The notes under the pieces: generated by a model
What the model saw: only the letters and a program-made list of their open reading frames with translations
Databases searched by the model: none
Told to the model about the DNA's origin: nothing
Shown here: in pieces, positions 8,531 through 18,016 of the stretch
Position numbering within the stretch: position 1 is the first letter of the stretch
Layout of the letters: every line of letters begins with the position of its first letter
Program-made: the position numbers and the translations under genes
DNA from: an uncultured Gammaproteobacteria bacterium
Lineage (GTDB): Bacteria > Patescibacteriota > Patescibacteriia > UBA1558 > S5-K13
DNA length: 64,000 nt
NCBI GenBank assembly: GCA_964486685.1
Contig: CAZAOE010000001.1
Span: forward strand, 12,538-76,537
Reading direction: 5' to 3'

Positions 8531-9124
8531 TTAATCCAACCTTTTCCTATTTTCCAAAGCAGAGGAAAGAGTGATTTCATCAGTATATTCAATATCTGAA
8601 CCCATGGGAATTCCACGAGCAAGACGGGAAATGGTTATATTAGAGTTTTTAAATATATTTTTGAGATAAGTGGTCGTGGCTTCGCCCTGGATATTAGAAT
8701 TAAAGGCCAGAATTAATTCTTTGGTCTGTTCATTTTTAACTCGATTGACCAATTCTTTAATAAAAAGTTTATCAGGAGTAATTCCAGAAAGAGGATCAAT
8801 TAAACCACCAAGAATATGATAAACACCATTAAATTTTCCAGTAGATTCCATAACTTCTAAATCACTGCTATTAGCAACAATACAAATAGTATCTTTTTGA
8901 CGACTAGCATCACTACAAATAGCACATGGGTTAGTATCTGAAAAATTATTGCATAATTGGCAGACCTTTAATTCCTTAGTATCGTCGATGCTTTTTATAA
9001 AATCATTAATTTTAGATTCTGGTTTAGAAGCCAAAAAAAGAGCAAGACGCTCAGCTGTTTTGGGTCCAATGCCCGGCAGAGTCATTAATTGCTCTATTAA
9101 GTTTTTTATTATGTTTGGATACAC
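8531..9124 (-). CDS. recR: Recombination mediator RecR
   Basis: LPGIGPKTAERLA, C4 zinc finger, YHILGG and ISRLARGIPMG..D..TL. Confidence 0.96.
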   Translation of the reverse strand: MYPNIIKNLIEQLMTLPGIGPKTAERLALFLASKPESKINDFIKSIDDTKELKVCQLCNNFSDTNPCAICSDASRQKDTICIVANSSDLEVMESTGKFNGVYHILGGLIDPLSGITPDKLFIKELVNRVKNEQTKELILAFNSNIQGEATTTYLKNIFKNSNITISRLARGIPMGSDIEYTDEITLSSALENRKRLD

Positions 9125-9189
9125 TTTGTGTAAATTTTAAATTTTAAGTTATAAATTTTAAATGAAAGGAAGGATTTGTGTAAATTTTA

Positions 9190-9266
9190 AATGAAAGGAA
9201 ATATTATATTAACCCCCACCATCTCCCCCTTACTAAGGGGGAGGGAGAGGGGGTGAATTTTAAATT
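9190..9266 (+). repeat. 77-bp intergenic repeat, identical to 29859-29935
   Basis: aatgaaaggaaatattatattaacccccaccatctcccccttactaagggggagggagagggggtgaattttaaatt at both sites. Confidence 0.9.
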
Positions 9267-9552
9267 AAAAATTGAAATTTGGCATGGATATTTCTCCATT
9301 CTTCATTTTTTCAGCCATTATTTTTTGAATTTTTTTAGTAGCATCATTAAATAATTCCGGAAGTGTATTTTCAATTGTTGAGTTTTCCATATCTTCAGGA
9401 ATTTTTATAGAGAGAACCGTTTGATTGCCATCCATTTTTAAAACAATTCCTTTTTTTTCTACTGCTACATTTTCTTGAGATAAGGCGTTTTGCATGTTTT
9501 TGGCCTGGGTCCTTAAATCTTTAATTTGATTTAGTTTTGAGAACATATTCAT
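9265..9552 (-). CDS. ybaB: YbaB/EbfC nucleoid-associated protein
   Basis: QAKNMQNAL..MDGNQ..I.I..FNDA.KK, located immediately upstream of recR. Confidence 0.85.
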   Translation of the reverse strand: MNMFSKLNQIKDLRTQAKNMQNALSQENVAVEKKGIVLKMDGNQTVLSIKIPEDMENSTIENTLPELFNDATKKIQKIMAEKMKNGEISMPNFNF

Positions 9553-9647
9553 CCCGTTAGATATTATTTATTAAATGTTGATAAATTTAATCCCCTTCAG
9601 TTATATTAATTAGTCCCGTTTGTAAGATATAATTTTTATCTAACGGG
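9553..9647. mobile_element. 95-bp MITE-like element
   Basis: 11-bp TIRs CCCGTTAGATA/TATCTAACGGG flanked by direct ATTCAT (9547-52, 9648-53). Confidence 0.75.
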
Positions 9648-9811
9648 ATTCATATACAAATGTGTTAATACTAATATACTAATAATGCTAATAATACAAA
9701 TAGATTATACTAATAATACAAATGAATTCATATGATTGGTATATTACCCGCCATAATTTTATAAAAATTAAGGCGGGATTAGCATCACTTAATTCTCGTA
9801 TCATTAGTATT

Positions 9812-11209
9812 TTATTCTTCGGGTGGTGCAATGTCAGCGTGTTTTTCTAAGCTTTTAAAGCTAACCGTTTCTTCGTCAAAAAATAATTTAATCATGCCCG
9901 TAGGACCATTACGATGTTTGGCTATGTGAATTTCAGCAATGCCCTTTTCTTCTGCGCTTAAATCTTCAAATCTGTAACTTCTATCTGCTGCTTTGCGGTA
10001 AATAAACATAACGACATCTGCGTCTTGTTCTATTGTACCAGATTCTCGTAAATGAGACAGTTTAGGAATAGCGGGTTTGCTCATTTCTACAGCTCGAGAT
10101 AATTGAGATAAAGCAATAATTGGAATATTTAATTCCCGAGCAATATTTTTGAGACCTCTAGTGATTTCAGCTACTTCTTGAACCCGAGATTCTTTATTAC
10201 TATTACTTTCCATTAATTGTAAATAATCAACTATCAATAAAGAAAGGTTATGTTCTAATTTTAAACGGCGGGCCTTGGTTCTAATTTGCATAATATTTAA
10301 ACTGGCTGAGTCATCAATAAATATTTTAGCATCAGCTAAGGTACCCATGGCATTACCAATGCGTGGGAAATCATCATGTTCAGCACTGTCAGAAAGTTTG
10401 CCAGTGCGCATTTTCCATAAAGATACTCCAGCCTCAGAGCAAAGTATTCTATCTACTAATTCTTCTTTGCTCATTTCTAAAGAAAAGAGTCCTACCACTT
10501 CTTTATTTTTAATAGCGGCATGACGGGCTATATCTAAGGCCAAAGTAGTTTTACCTACACTGGGTCGGGAGGCAATAATGATTAAATTAGAATTTTGTAG
10601 GCCAGCTAATTTATTGTCTAAATCTGTATAGCCAGTAGGAATACCTCTTAATTTGCCTTTATTTTTATGAAGTTCGTCAATTCTTTCAAAAGTTTCATTT
10701 AAAATATTGGAAATGGGAATAAAATTTTCTCTGAGGAATTTTTGCGAAATTTGAAAAAGACTTCTTTCAGATTTATCTAAAATATCATCTACGGCCTCTT
10801 TTTCATTATAAGCCATGCCAGTTATTTCGGCAGAGGCCTTGATTAATTTTCTGAGAGTAGATTTTTTTTGTACTATTTCCGCATAATGTTTAACATTGCT
10901 GGCCGTAACTACGGCATTAGTTAAACTGGCTAAATATGATTTTCCACCCACCATTTTTGATTCTTTTCTTTCTTCTAAAAGATTACTAATGGATAAAATA
11001 TCTAAGGGTTCTCTTTTATCATATAAACTTAAACAACATTCAAATATTTTTTGATGGGATTGTTTATAAAAATCCTCAGGATTAATAATATCCGCTATTT
11101 TGTTCATAGCTTCATTGTCAATCAAAATAGAGCCCAAAACATTGGCCTCGGCCTCTAAATTATGAGGGGGTATTTTATCAATAGATTGTGAGTTTTGATT
11201 ATTAACCAT
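9812..11209 (-). CDS. dnaB: Replicative DNA helicase
   Basis: PPHNLEAE, ASRPSVGKT, VDYLQLM, LSQLSR, LRESGTIEQDAD and KHRNGP. Confidence 0.98.
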   Translation of the reverse strand: MVNNQNSQSIDKIPPHNLEAEANVLGSILIDNEAMNKIADIINPEDFYKQSHQKIFECCLSLYDKREPLDILSISNLLEERKESKMVGGKSYLASLTNAVVTASNVKHYAEIVQKKSTLRKLIKASAEITGMAYNEKEAVDDILDKSERSLFQISQKFLRENFIPISNILNETFERIDELHKNKGKLRGIPTGYTDLDNKLAGLQNSNLIIIASRPSVGKTTLALDIARHAAIKNKEVVGLFSLEMSKEELVDRILCSEAGVSLWKMRTGKLSDSAEHDDFPRIGNAMGTLADAKIFIDDSASLNIMQIRTKARRLKLEHNLSLLIVDYLQLMESNSNKESRVQEVAEITRGLKNIARELNIPIIALSQLSRAVEMSKPAIPKLSHLRESGTIEQDADVVMFIYRKAADRSYRFEDLSAEEKGIAEIHIAKHRNGPTGMIKLFFDEETVSFKSLEKHADIAPPEE

Positions 11210-11396
11210 AGTATTCCCATTTTAACAGAAAAAATTTATCTTTCAAGTATTTTTATGGACAGTTTATCCACTAAGTATAAACACTTGATTTTTTATAATA
11301 TCTATGTTATATTTTTATGTATAAAAATACAACTATTTGTGTTTTTTTGTTATAATTTAGTAGTCAGCGGTTGGTAGTATTTATGTATTCAAAATG

Positions 11397-11678
11397 TATT
11401 AAAAATTAAATATAGTTAATTAAGCGCCGTTAGCTCCCCCCTTCGCCAAAGCTACGGAGGGCAGGCAGTTGGTACCCAACTTCGCTAACAAAGTATATTG
11501 TAATAATTTTATATAGATATTAAAAATTAAATATAGTTAATTAAGCGCCGTTAGCTCCCCCCTTCGCCAAAGCTACGGAGGGCAGGCAGTTGGTACCCAA
11601 CTTCGCTAACAAAGTATATTGTAATAATTTTATATAGATATTAAAAATTAAATATAGTTAATTAAGCGCCGTTAGCTC
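11397..11678 (+). repeat. 121-bp tandem repeat (two full copies plus a partial one) containing the tRNA leader and an interrupted tRNA 5' end
   Basis: gcgccgttagctc occurs at 11424, 11545 and 11666. Copies 1 and 2 carry a 30-nt insert before agttggta. Confidence 0.9.
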
Positions 11679-11741
11679 AGTTGGTAGAGCAGCAGCCTTT
11701 TAAGCTGATGGTCGCAGGTTCGAATCCTGCACGGCGTACCA
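11666..11741 (+). tRNA. tRNA-Lys(UUU)
   Basis: Cloverleaf: GCGCCGT/ACGGCGT acceptor, GCTC/GAGC D stem, anticodon loop CTTTTAA, GGTTCGAATCC and encoded CCA. Confidence 0.95.
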
Positions 11742-11816
11742 TAAACCACTCACTGCGTTCGGGTTTATGGTAAACCATAAATTACTCACTGCGTTCGGGT
11801 TTATGGTAAACCATAA
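11739..11816 (+). repeat. 36-bp tandem hairpin repeat (two copies plus a partial one) right after the tRNA
   Basis: ccataaa(cc/tt)actcactgcgttcgggtttatggtaaa x2. Confidence 0.85.
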
Positions 11817-11957
11817 CACATTTATTTTTGTAATATATTTCTCGATTTTATTTTCTCCACTCCGGTCGAAATTTTTGGCGGGATTTTTTTTATTCCCTTT
11901 TTTAAAATTAAGAGTATAATTAATTTTATTAAAAGTTAATAATTAAAATTTAATTAG

Positions 11958-13241
11958 ATGAATAAAAATTTTTTGTTTATATCCATTACTGGTTTAATAT
12001 CAGATATTGCTTGGATAGTTTCTAAAGAAGGAAATAATGTTAAATTCTATATTGCCGATAAAGAGGACCGAGATATTGGCATGGGCTTTGTGGAAAAAAT
12101 TGATGATTGGAGAGCAGAAGTTGGCTGGGCAGATGTGATTGTTTTTGATGATGTTCTTGGGCATGGTAAATTAGCTCAAGAATTAAGAGGACAGGGTAAA
12201 ATAGTAGTCGGTGGCACAGAATACACGGATTTATTAGAGGATGACCGGACCTTTGGACAAGAAGAATTAAAAAAATATGGCGTTAGTATTATTCCTTATC
12301 AAAATTTTATTTCTTTTGATGAGGCGATTAATTTTGTTAAACAAAATCCTTCTCGTTATGTAATTAAACCCTGTGGCGATGCTCCGAAAAAATTATTATT
12401 TGTCGGAGATGAAGATAACGGCCAGGACATTATTCAGGTTTTAGAGGGCTATAAAACTACTTGGTCAAATAAAATTAAAGTTTTTCAATTACAAAAAAGA
12501 GTGACTGGAGTAGAGGTAGCTGTTGGTGCCTTTTTTAACGGTAATGAATTTTTATATCCAATTAATGTTAATTTTGAAAATAAAAGAATGTTTGCCGGTA
12601 ATATCGGGCCCTCCACTGGAGAGATGGGCACCAGTATGTTTTGGAGTATGCCAAATAAAATTTTTAATGCTACCTTAAAAAAATTAGAAACAAAATTAGC
12701 TGAAGAAAATTTTGTTGGCTATATTGATGTTAATTGTATTGTGAATGGTAATGGTATTTATCCCTTGGAATTTACTTCCCGGTTTGGCTATCCAACTATA
12801 TTTATTCAGCAAGAAGGAATTAATATGCCGATGGGAGAATTTTTTTATCGTATGGCTAATGGAGAAAATTTTACTATTAAAACTAAAAGTGGTTTTCAGG
12901 TTGGAGTAAGAATTTTAATGCCTCCTTATCCTTTTGACGATGAAGAAACTTTTAATACTTATTCTAAAGACGCAGCTATAATTTTTAAAAAGCCAAATTA
13001 TGAGGGGGCGCATATTGAAGATGCAAAAATGATAGATGGTCAGTGGACAGTGGCTGGTAGTGCGGGTGTGGTTTTAACAATAGTAGGCACGGGTCAGACC
13101 ATGAGGCAGGCTCAATCCCAGGTTTATAATCGGATTACTAATATTTTAATTCCCAATATGTATTATCGGACTGATATTGGTGACCGCTGGTATGAAGATA
13201 GCGACCGTTTGCATAATTGGGGTTATTTGCGGGACTTTTAA
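11958..13241 (+). CDS. PurD/GARS-like ATP-grasp ligase
   Basis: LE.DR.FG, YVIKP, GVEVA, GNIGPSTGEMG, LEFTSRFGYP and YYRTDIG. Lacks the canonical GSGGREHA N-terminus. Confidence 0.75.
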   Translation: MNKNFLFISITGLISDIAWIVSKEGNNVKFYIADKEDRDIGMGFVEKIDDWRAEVGWADVIVFDDVLGHGKLAQELRGQGKIVVGGTEYTDLLEDDRTFGQEELKKYGVSIIPYQNFISFDEAINFVKQNPSRYVIKPCGDAPKKLLFVGDEDNGQDIIQVLEGYKTTWSNKIKVFQLQKRVTGVEVAVGAFFNGNEFLYPINVNFENKRMFAGNIGPSTGEMGTSMFWSMPNKIFNATLKKLETKLAEENFVGYIDVNCIVNGNGIYPLEFTSRFGYPTIFIQQEGINMPMGEFFYRMANGENFTIKTKSGFQVGVRILMPPYPFDDEETFNTYSKDAAIIFKKPNYEGAHIEDAKMIDGQWTVAGSAGVVLTIVGTGQTMRQAQSQVYNRITNILIPNMYYRTDIGDRWYEDSDRLHNWGYLRDF

Positions 13242-13259
13242 ACTTTTGACTTTTGACTT

Positions 13260-14216
13260 TTAATCATTTTCATCTTCAATTTCACCAACGATTTCTTCTA
13301 ATATGTCTTCTAAAGTCACAATTCCTAATAATTGGTCTTCTCTATACACTAAAGCAATATGGTTTTTTTCTTTTTGCATTTTTCTAAATATAGTATCAAT
13401 TTTTTGCTCGGCTCGAACTTTTAAAATGGGCTGAACATATTTTTCAATAGTATTTTCTCGATGGTCACTATTTAATATTTTCATAATATCAATTAAATGT
13501 ACATAGCCGATAATATTATCTTCTTGATTGTGAAAAACCGGATAACGGCTTAGGCCCTCATGAGCCATAAAATAAGCAATTTGGTCTATTTCCGTATCGG
13601 CATTGACTATGGACATTTTATAGCGCGGAGTCATTATTTCTTTAGCGGTTTTATCATTGAATTTTAAAATATTCATAATCATTTCATGTTCTTGAAATTC
13701 AATTTCGCCCTCTTCTACAGCTAAACGGCTAAAGGCCTTTAATTCTTTTTCAGAAACGATTTTTTCGGGTTTGTTTTTGGTTATTAGTAATAATAATTTT
13801 TCCAAAATAATTATAATTGGAAAAGTTACAATTTCTAATATATATACAAGAGGACTAAAGAAAAGAGCCATTTTTTCAGCATTAATTTGAAAATATACCT
13901 TAGGATACATTTCTCCAAAGATTAATATTAAAAGAGTCATGACACCAATAGCCACACCTAAGGTAGCAGAACCTAATTTTTCTTGAATCCATAAAGTAGC
14001 CGCACTAGCTGCGGCAATATTGACTAAATTGTTTCCCAATAAAATAGTTACTAATAATCTTTTTTTATTTTTTAGCAGTTTTTGTAATAAATGGGAATTT
14101 TTTTTCTGAGCTAAAACCAAAGATTTAACTTTTGAAGCCGATAAAGAAAAAAGAGCTATTTCCATGCCCGAGAACCAGGCAGACAAACAAATTAAAATTA
14201 TAATTGCTAAAATCAT
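13260..14216 (-). CDS. CNNM/DUF21-CBS (hemolysin-like/CorC) membrane protein
   Basis: SAWFSGMEIALFS, TILLGNNLVNI, FGEMYPK, IMTPR, SRYPV and GIVTLEDILEEIVGEI. Confidence 0.93.
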   Translation of the reverse strand: MILAIIILICLSAWFSGMEIALFSLSASKVKSLVLAQKKNSHLLQKLLKNKKRLLVTILLGNNLVNIAAASAATLWIQEKLGSATLGVAIGVMTLLILIFGEMYPKVYFQINAEKMALFFSPLVYILEIVTFPIIIILEKLLLLITKNKPEKIVSEKELKAFSRLAVEEGEIEFQEHEMIMNILKFNDKTAKEIMTPRYKMSIVNADTEIDQIAYFMAHEGLSRYPVFHNQEDNIIGYVHLIDIMKILNSDHRENTIEKYVQPILKVRAEQKIDTIFRKMQKEKNHIALVYREDQLLGIVTLEDILEEIVGEIEDEND

Positions 14217-14311
14217 TGTTTTGTTTTAAGGTTTTAATAGTTTAATCATAGCGGATAAATAGATTTAGGTAAAATAGATTTTTTTGTTATAATGAGGTTA
14301 GTTTAGGGTTA

Positions 14312-14401
14312 TCTGCCTACGCCAATACTTCTCCCTGCGCTAAAGCTTCTCCCTGCGCTAAAGCTTCGGGAGACAGGTTGGGAGACAGGTCGGGAGACAG
14401 G
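14312..14401 (+). repeat. 30-nt REP-like element nested three times within itself
   Basis: Three 18-nt left halves (tctccctgcgctaaagct) followed by three 12-nt right halves (tcgggagacagg). Confidence 0.85.
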
Positions 14402-14430
14402 AAAGTTAAAAATAAAAAGTTTTTAAGAGT

Positions 14431-17130
14431 ATGAAAAAAAATTATCACAGTTTAGAAACCAAAAAAGTTTTAGATATTTTAAAATCAAACGAACAAGGAC
14501 TTAGCGAAGACGAAGCCCAGAAGAGATTAAAAAAATACGGACCTAATAAAATTATAGAGCAAAAAAAGATTTCTAAATTGTTAATATTTTTTAGCCAGTT
14601 TAATAATATTTTAATTTATATTTTATTATTGGCTTCTTTAATTTCTTTTATTTTTGGTGAACATATTGATGCCGCAGTTATTTTAGTTGCGGTATTTTTA
14701 AATACTATTATTGGTTATTTTCAAGAAAGCAGGGCGCAGAGTGATCTTTCTAAATTAAGGCATTATATTAAACAGCAGGTTTTTGTCCGGCGTAATAATC
14801 GACAATATTTAATCAATGTTGAAGAATTAGTTCCTGGAGATATTATTTTAGTTCAATCTGGGTCGCGCGTGGCGGCTGATGCCCGAGTTTTAGAGGCCAA
14901 TGAATTAAAAGCACATGAAGCGGCCTTGACCGGCGAATCAATTGCAGTTGATAAAAGTTTAGAAAAAGTAGCTGTGGGAGCAGTAACTAGTGACCGAACC
15001 AATATGTTATATATGGGTACAAGTATTGTGCGCGGTAATGCTGTTGCCGTAGTTACGGCCACTGCTATGGAGACAGAAATAGGAAAAATTGCTGGTTATA
15101 TTAGCGAAACTGAAGATGAACAAACTCCTTTACAAATTAGATTAAAAAAATTAGGAACGATTATTGGAATTTTTTCTTTAATTGCCTGTAGTTTAATTTT
15201 TATTTTAGGAATTGTTTCAGGTCGAAGTGCTTTAGAAATGTTTTTAATTAGCGTCGCCATTGCGGTTTCTTCTATTCCCGAGGGTTTGCCAGTAGCAATT
15301 ACGGTTATTTTAGCAATTGGCATGCAAAGGATTTTGAAAAAAAAGTCCTTGGTGCGTAGATTAGTAGCTGCGGAAACTTTGGGCTCAACTACGGTTATTT
15401 GTACAGATAAAACCGGTACTTTAACGGTTGGGCAAATGGCGGTTAGCAATATTATTTTAGACAATGAAATCGTTGATATTCTTTCTAAAAAAGACCAGAC
15501 CCTTTCTAACAGAGTTAAAGAAATTTTAAGGATTGGTTTTTTGTGCAATGATGCTTTTTTAGAAGAGCAAGATTTATCCCAAGAATTATTAAAAGAATTA
15601 AAAATGTCTGGTTCACCAACTGACCAGGCCTTGTTATCAGCTGGTTTGGATTTTGGCTTTTCTTTAGATGAAGAAAAAAAGAATTATCCGCAATTAGCTG
15701 AAGTTACCTTTGATAGTGCTAAAAAATACATGTTAAGTTTACATGAAAATAAAGCCGAACAAGTTAATGACCGGGTGATTTTTTGTAAGGGAGCTCCCGA
15801 AGTAATTTTAGAACATTGTAGTTTCATTAATACTAAAGACGGAGTTAAAAAATTAACCGACAAACAAAAACAAAAAATTATTGCTACGCAGAATAGTTTT
15901 ACCGCCAAGGGCTTGCGTTTATTAGCAGTTGCGGAAAGAAGGATGAGCAGTAAAATCTTAAAAGAAAATTTAGATGATAATTTTGAGCATTTAGTTTTAC
16001 TGGGTCTGATTACTTTAAAAGATCCTTTGCGTCAATCATCCAAAGAAACTATTCAAGTTTGTCTGCGGGCAGGCATTAGGCCAATCATTATTACTGGCGA
16101 CCATAAATTAACTGCCAAGGCCATTGCTTTAGAATTGGGTTTAAAGGCCAAGGAAGAGCATATTTTAAGTGGTGAAGATTTAGATAAATTAAATGATGAT
16201 GATTTAAGAGAAAAGGTGAAAACTGTTAATTTATATGTTCGAGTTAATCCGCATCATAAATTAAGAATTGTTCAGGCCTTGCAGGAAAATAATGAAGTAG
16301 TGGCTATGGCTGGAGATGGAATTAACGATGCTCCGGCAATCCAAATGGCCGATATTGGCATTGCTTTAGGTTCAGGAACAGACATTGCCAAAGAGACCGC
16401 GGAGATTGTGCTTTTAGAAAATAATTTTTCGGTGATTGTAGAGGCGGTTAAGCAGGGTCGAATAATTTTTGATAATTTGAAAAAAATTGTGGTCTATTTA
16501 TTGTCAGATTCTTTTTCGGGTATGCTTTTAATTTCCACGGCCATTATTATGGGTCTGCCCTTGCCTTTATTACCAGCGCAGATTTTATGGATTAATATTG
16601 TCAACGATGCTTTACCCAACTTTGCTTTGGCTTTTGAAAAAGGAGACAAAGATACTATGCAGAGAAAGCCCTTGCCTAAGCATGCTCCGATTTTAGATAA
16701 GGAAATGAAGTTTTTAATTTTTGTAATTGGGGTTTTTACAGATATTGGAATTATTGTTTTATTTTTATATTTATTAAAATCTGGTCATGATATTGAACAT
16801 GTCCGAACTTTTATGTTTGCCGCCCTAGGAATTGATTCTTTGATTTATGTTTATTCTTGTAAAAATTTACGCAGGTCAATTTGGAATTATAAATTGTTTG
16901 ATAATAAATTTTTAATATTAGGCACCTTAATTAGTTTTATGCTTTTAATGATAGGTCTTTATGTTCCTTTTTTCCAAACTGTTTTGCGTACAGTTCCTTT
17001 GGGGGCAGAGGGTTGGACCATTATGCTCGTTGTAGCTGTTTTTGAAGTAATTTCCATTGAGTTTGGGAAGTGGCTGTTTATACGTCGCAGTGGAGAGGTT
17101 AATGGTCAAAGGTCAAAGGTCAACGCTTAA
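14431..17130 (+). CDS. Cation-transporting P-type ATPase (type IIA-like)
   Basis: LTGES, PEGL, DKTGT, KGAPE, TGD and GDGIND motifs. Confidence 0.96.
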   Translation: MKKNYHSLETKKVLDILKSNEQGLSEDEAQKRLKKYGPNKIIEQKKISKLLIFFSQFNNILIYILLLASLISFIFGEHIDAAVILVAVFLNTIIGYFQESRAQSDLSKLRHYIKQQVFVRRNNRQYLINVEELVPGDIILVQSGSRVAADARVLEANELKAHEAALTGESIAVDKSLEKVAVGAVTSDRTNMLYMGTSIVRGNAVAVVTATAMETEIGKIAGYISETEDEQTPLQIRLKKLGTIIGIFSLIACSLIFILGIVSGRSALEMFLISVAIAVSSIPEGLPVAITVILAIGMQRILKKKSLVRRLVAAETLGSTTVICTDKTGTLTVGQMAVSNIILDNEIVDILSKKDQTLSNRVKEILRIGFLCNDAFLEEQDLSQELLKELKMSGSPTDQALLSAGLDFGFSLDEEKKNYPQLAEVTFDSAKKYMLSLHENKAEQVNDRVIFCKGAPEVILEHCSFINTKDGVKKLTDKQKQKIIATQNSFTAKGLRLLAVAERRMSSKILKENLDDNFEHLVLLGLITLKDPLRQSSKETIQVCLRAGIRPIIITGDHKLTAKAIALELGLKAKEEHILSGEDLDKLNDDDLREKVKTVNLYVRVNPHHKLRIVQALQENNEVVAMAGDGINDAPAIQMADIGIALGSGTDIAKETAEIVLLENNFSVIVEAVKQGRIIFDNLKKIVVYLLSDSFSGMLLISTAIIMGLPLPLLPAQILWINIVNDALPNFALAFEKGDKDTMQRKPLPKHAPILDKEMKFLIFVIGVFTDIGIIVLFLYLLKSGHDIEHVRTFMFAALGIDSLIYVYSCKNLRRSIWNYKLFDNKFLILGTLISFMLLMIGLYVPFFQTVLRTVPLGAEGWTIMLVVAVFEVISIEFGKWLFIRRSGEVNGQRSKVNA

Positions 17131-17157
17131 GGATTAAGGTGTTTTATAGTTATTATT

Positions 17158-17185
17158 AATCTCGTTTGTTAGCGGGATTTTTTTG
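17158..17185 (+). terminator. Intrinsic terminator
   Basis: aatctcgt..gcgggatt followed by a T tract. Confidence 0.55.
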
Positions 17186-17190
17186 TTTAT

Positions 17191-17220
17191 CCCTCACCAT
17201 TTTTACTAAAATAGTGAAGG
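17191..17220. repeat. CCC..GGG-type mini hairpin element
   Basis: gtttat-ccctcaccatttt..aaaatagtgaagg-atttac. Confidence 0.55.
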
Positions 17221-17293
17221 ATTTACAAAACAAGCTAAAAGTTATATTCTTTAAATATAATAATGTTAATTAAATAAGATTAAATAAAAAAAT

Positions 17294-17959
17294 ATGGATT
17301 TGCGGGAGTTTAAGAAATAATTTATATGCGAAGAATTAGAAATTACAGAAGATTATGGAAGAATTTTTTCTTTTATAGATTTTTCTAATGTGAATAATTG
17401 GTTTGAAAAAGATAATCAAGATTGGAACAATAAATTACTTACTGAAGATGAAAAAATAAAAATAGACCTTGAAAAATTAAAATCATTTACAGATATCTTT
17501 AGCGATAGAATTAAAATATACTATGGTGAAGATCCAAAAAATACTGGTTCGCTTAATTTTACTTATGCAATTAGAAAAATATTTGGTAAACGCAATACTA
17601 TAACGAAAGATTTACAAAGAATAAAACATTATCTTGATTTAAATGAATCACAAAATAATAGTCCATATATATCTGTAGATAAAAATGGTAAAAAATATAT
17701 AGAAATTAGAAAATGTAATTTTGATGTGGAAATTTCCGTTGATGCTATTAAAATGTTGAAAAATTATAATACTTTTTGTATTTTTTCAAGTGATGCGGAT
17801 TTTGTTTATTTAAATAGATTTTTGAAGATAAATAATAAAAAAATTATTATTGTTAAGGGTGGATATATCACCACTAAATTAAAAGAAACAGCTGATTTAG
17901 TTATTAATGCCCAAAAAATTAAAAAGCACATAGCTAAGATAGAAAAAACAAAAACCTGA
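17294..17959 (+). pseudogene. NYN/LabA (PIN-like) nuclease with an in-frame TAA at codon 9
   Basis: ATG 17294 MDLREFKK*FICEE..FIDFSNV is in frame with the 17390 ORF. Motifs KCNFDVEI.VD, FSSDADF and LK..AD. Confidence 0.75.
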
Positions 17960-18010
17960 CATAGTCAGGCCCTTGTGGAAAGTTTTCCCGAATTAACCTC
18001 GGGCAGGTAT
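17945..18010 (-). ncRNA. Candidate small RNA convergent with the NYN gene
   Basis: Minus strand: cccga-ggttaat-tcggg hairpin, then cctgac-tat-gtcagg plus a U tract overlapping the NYN stop, with a promoter upstream. Confidence 0.6.
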
Positions 18011-18016
18011 AAATTA

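Noticed and set aside
11397-11816. 121-bp and 36-bp repeats as a CRISPR array
   Set aside because: The units are contiguous or have identical intervening sequence, with no unique spacers and no cas genes
17318-17320. Stop-codon reassignment explaining the NYN internal TAA
   Set aside because: TAA, TAG and TGA all end conserved genes at expected positions in this window
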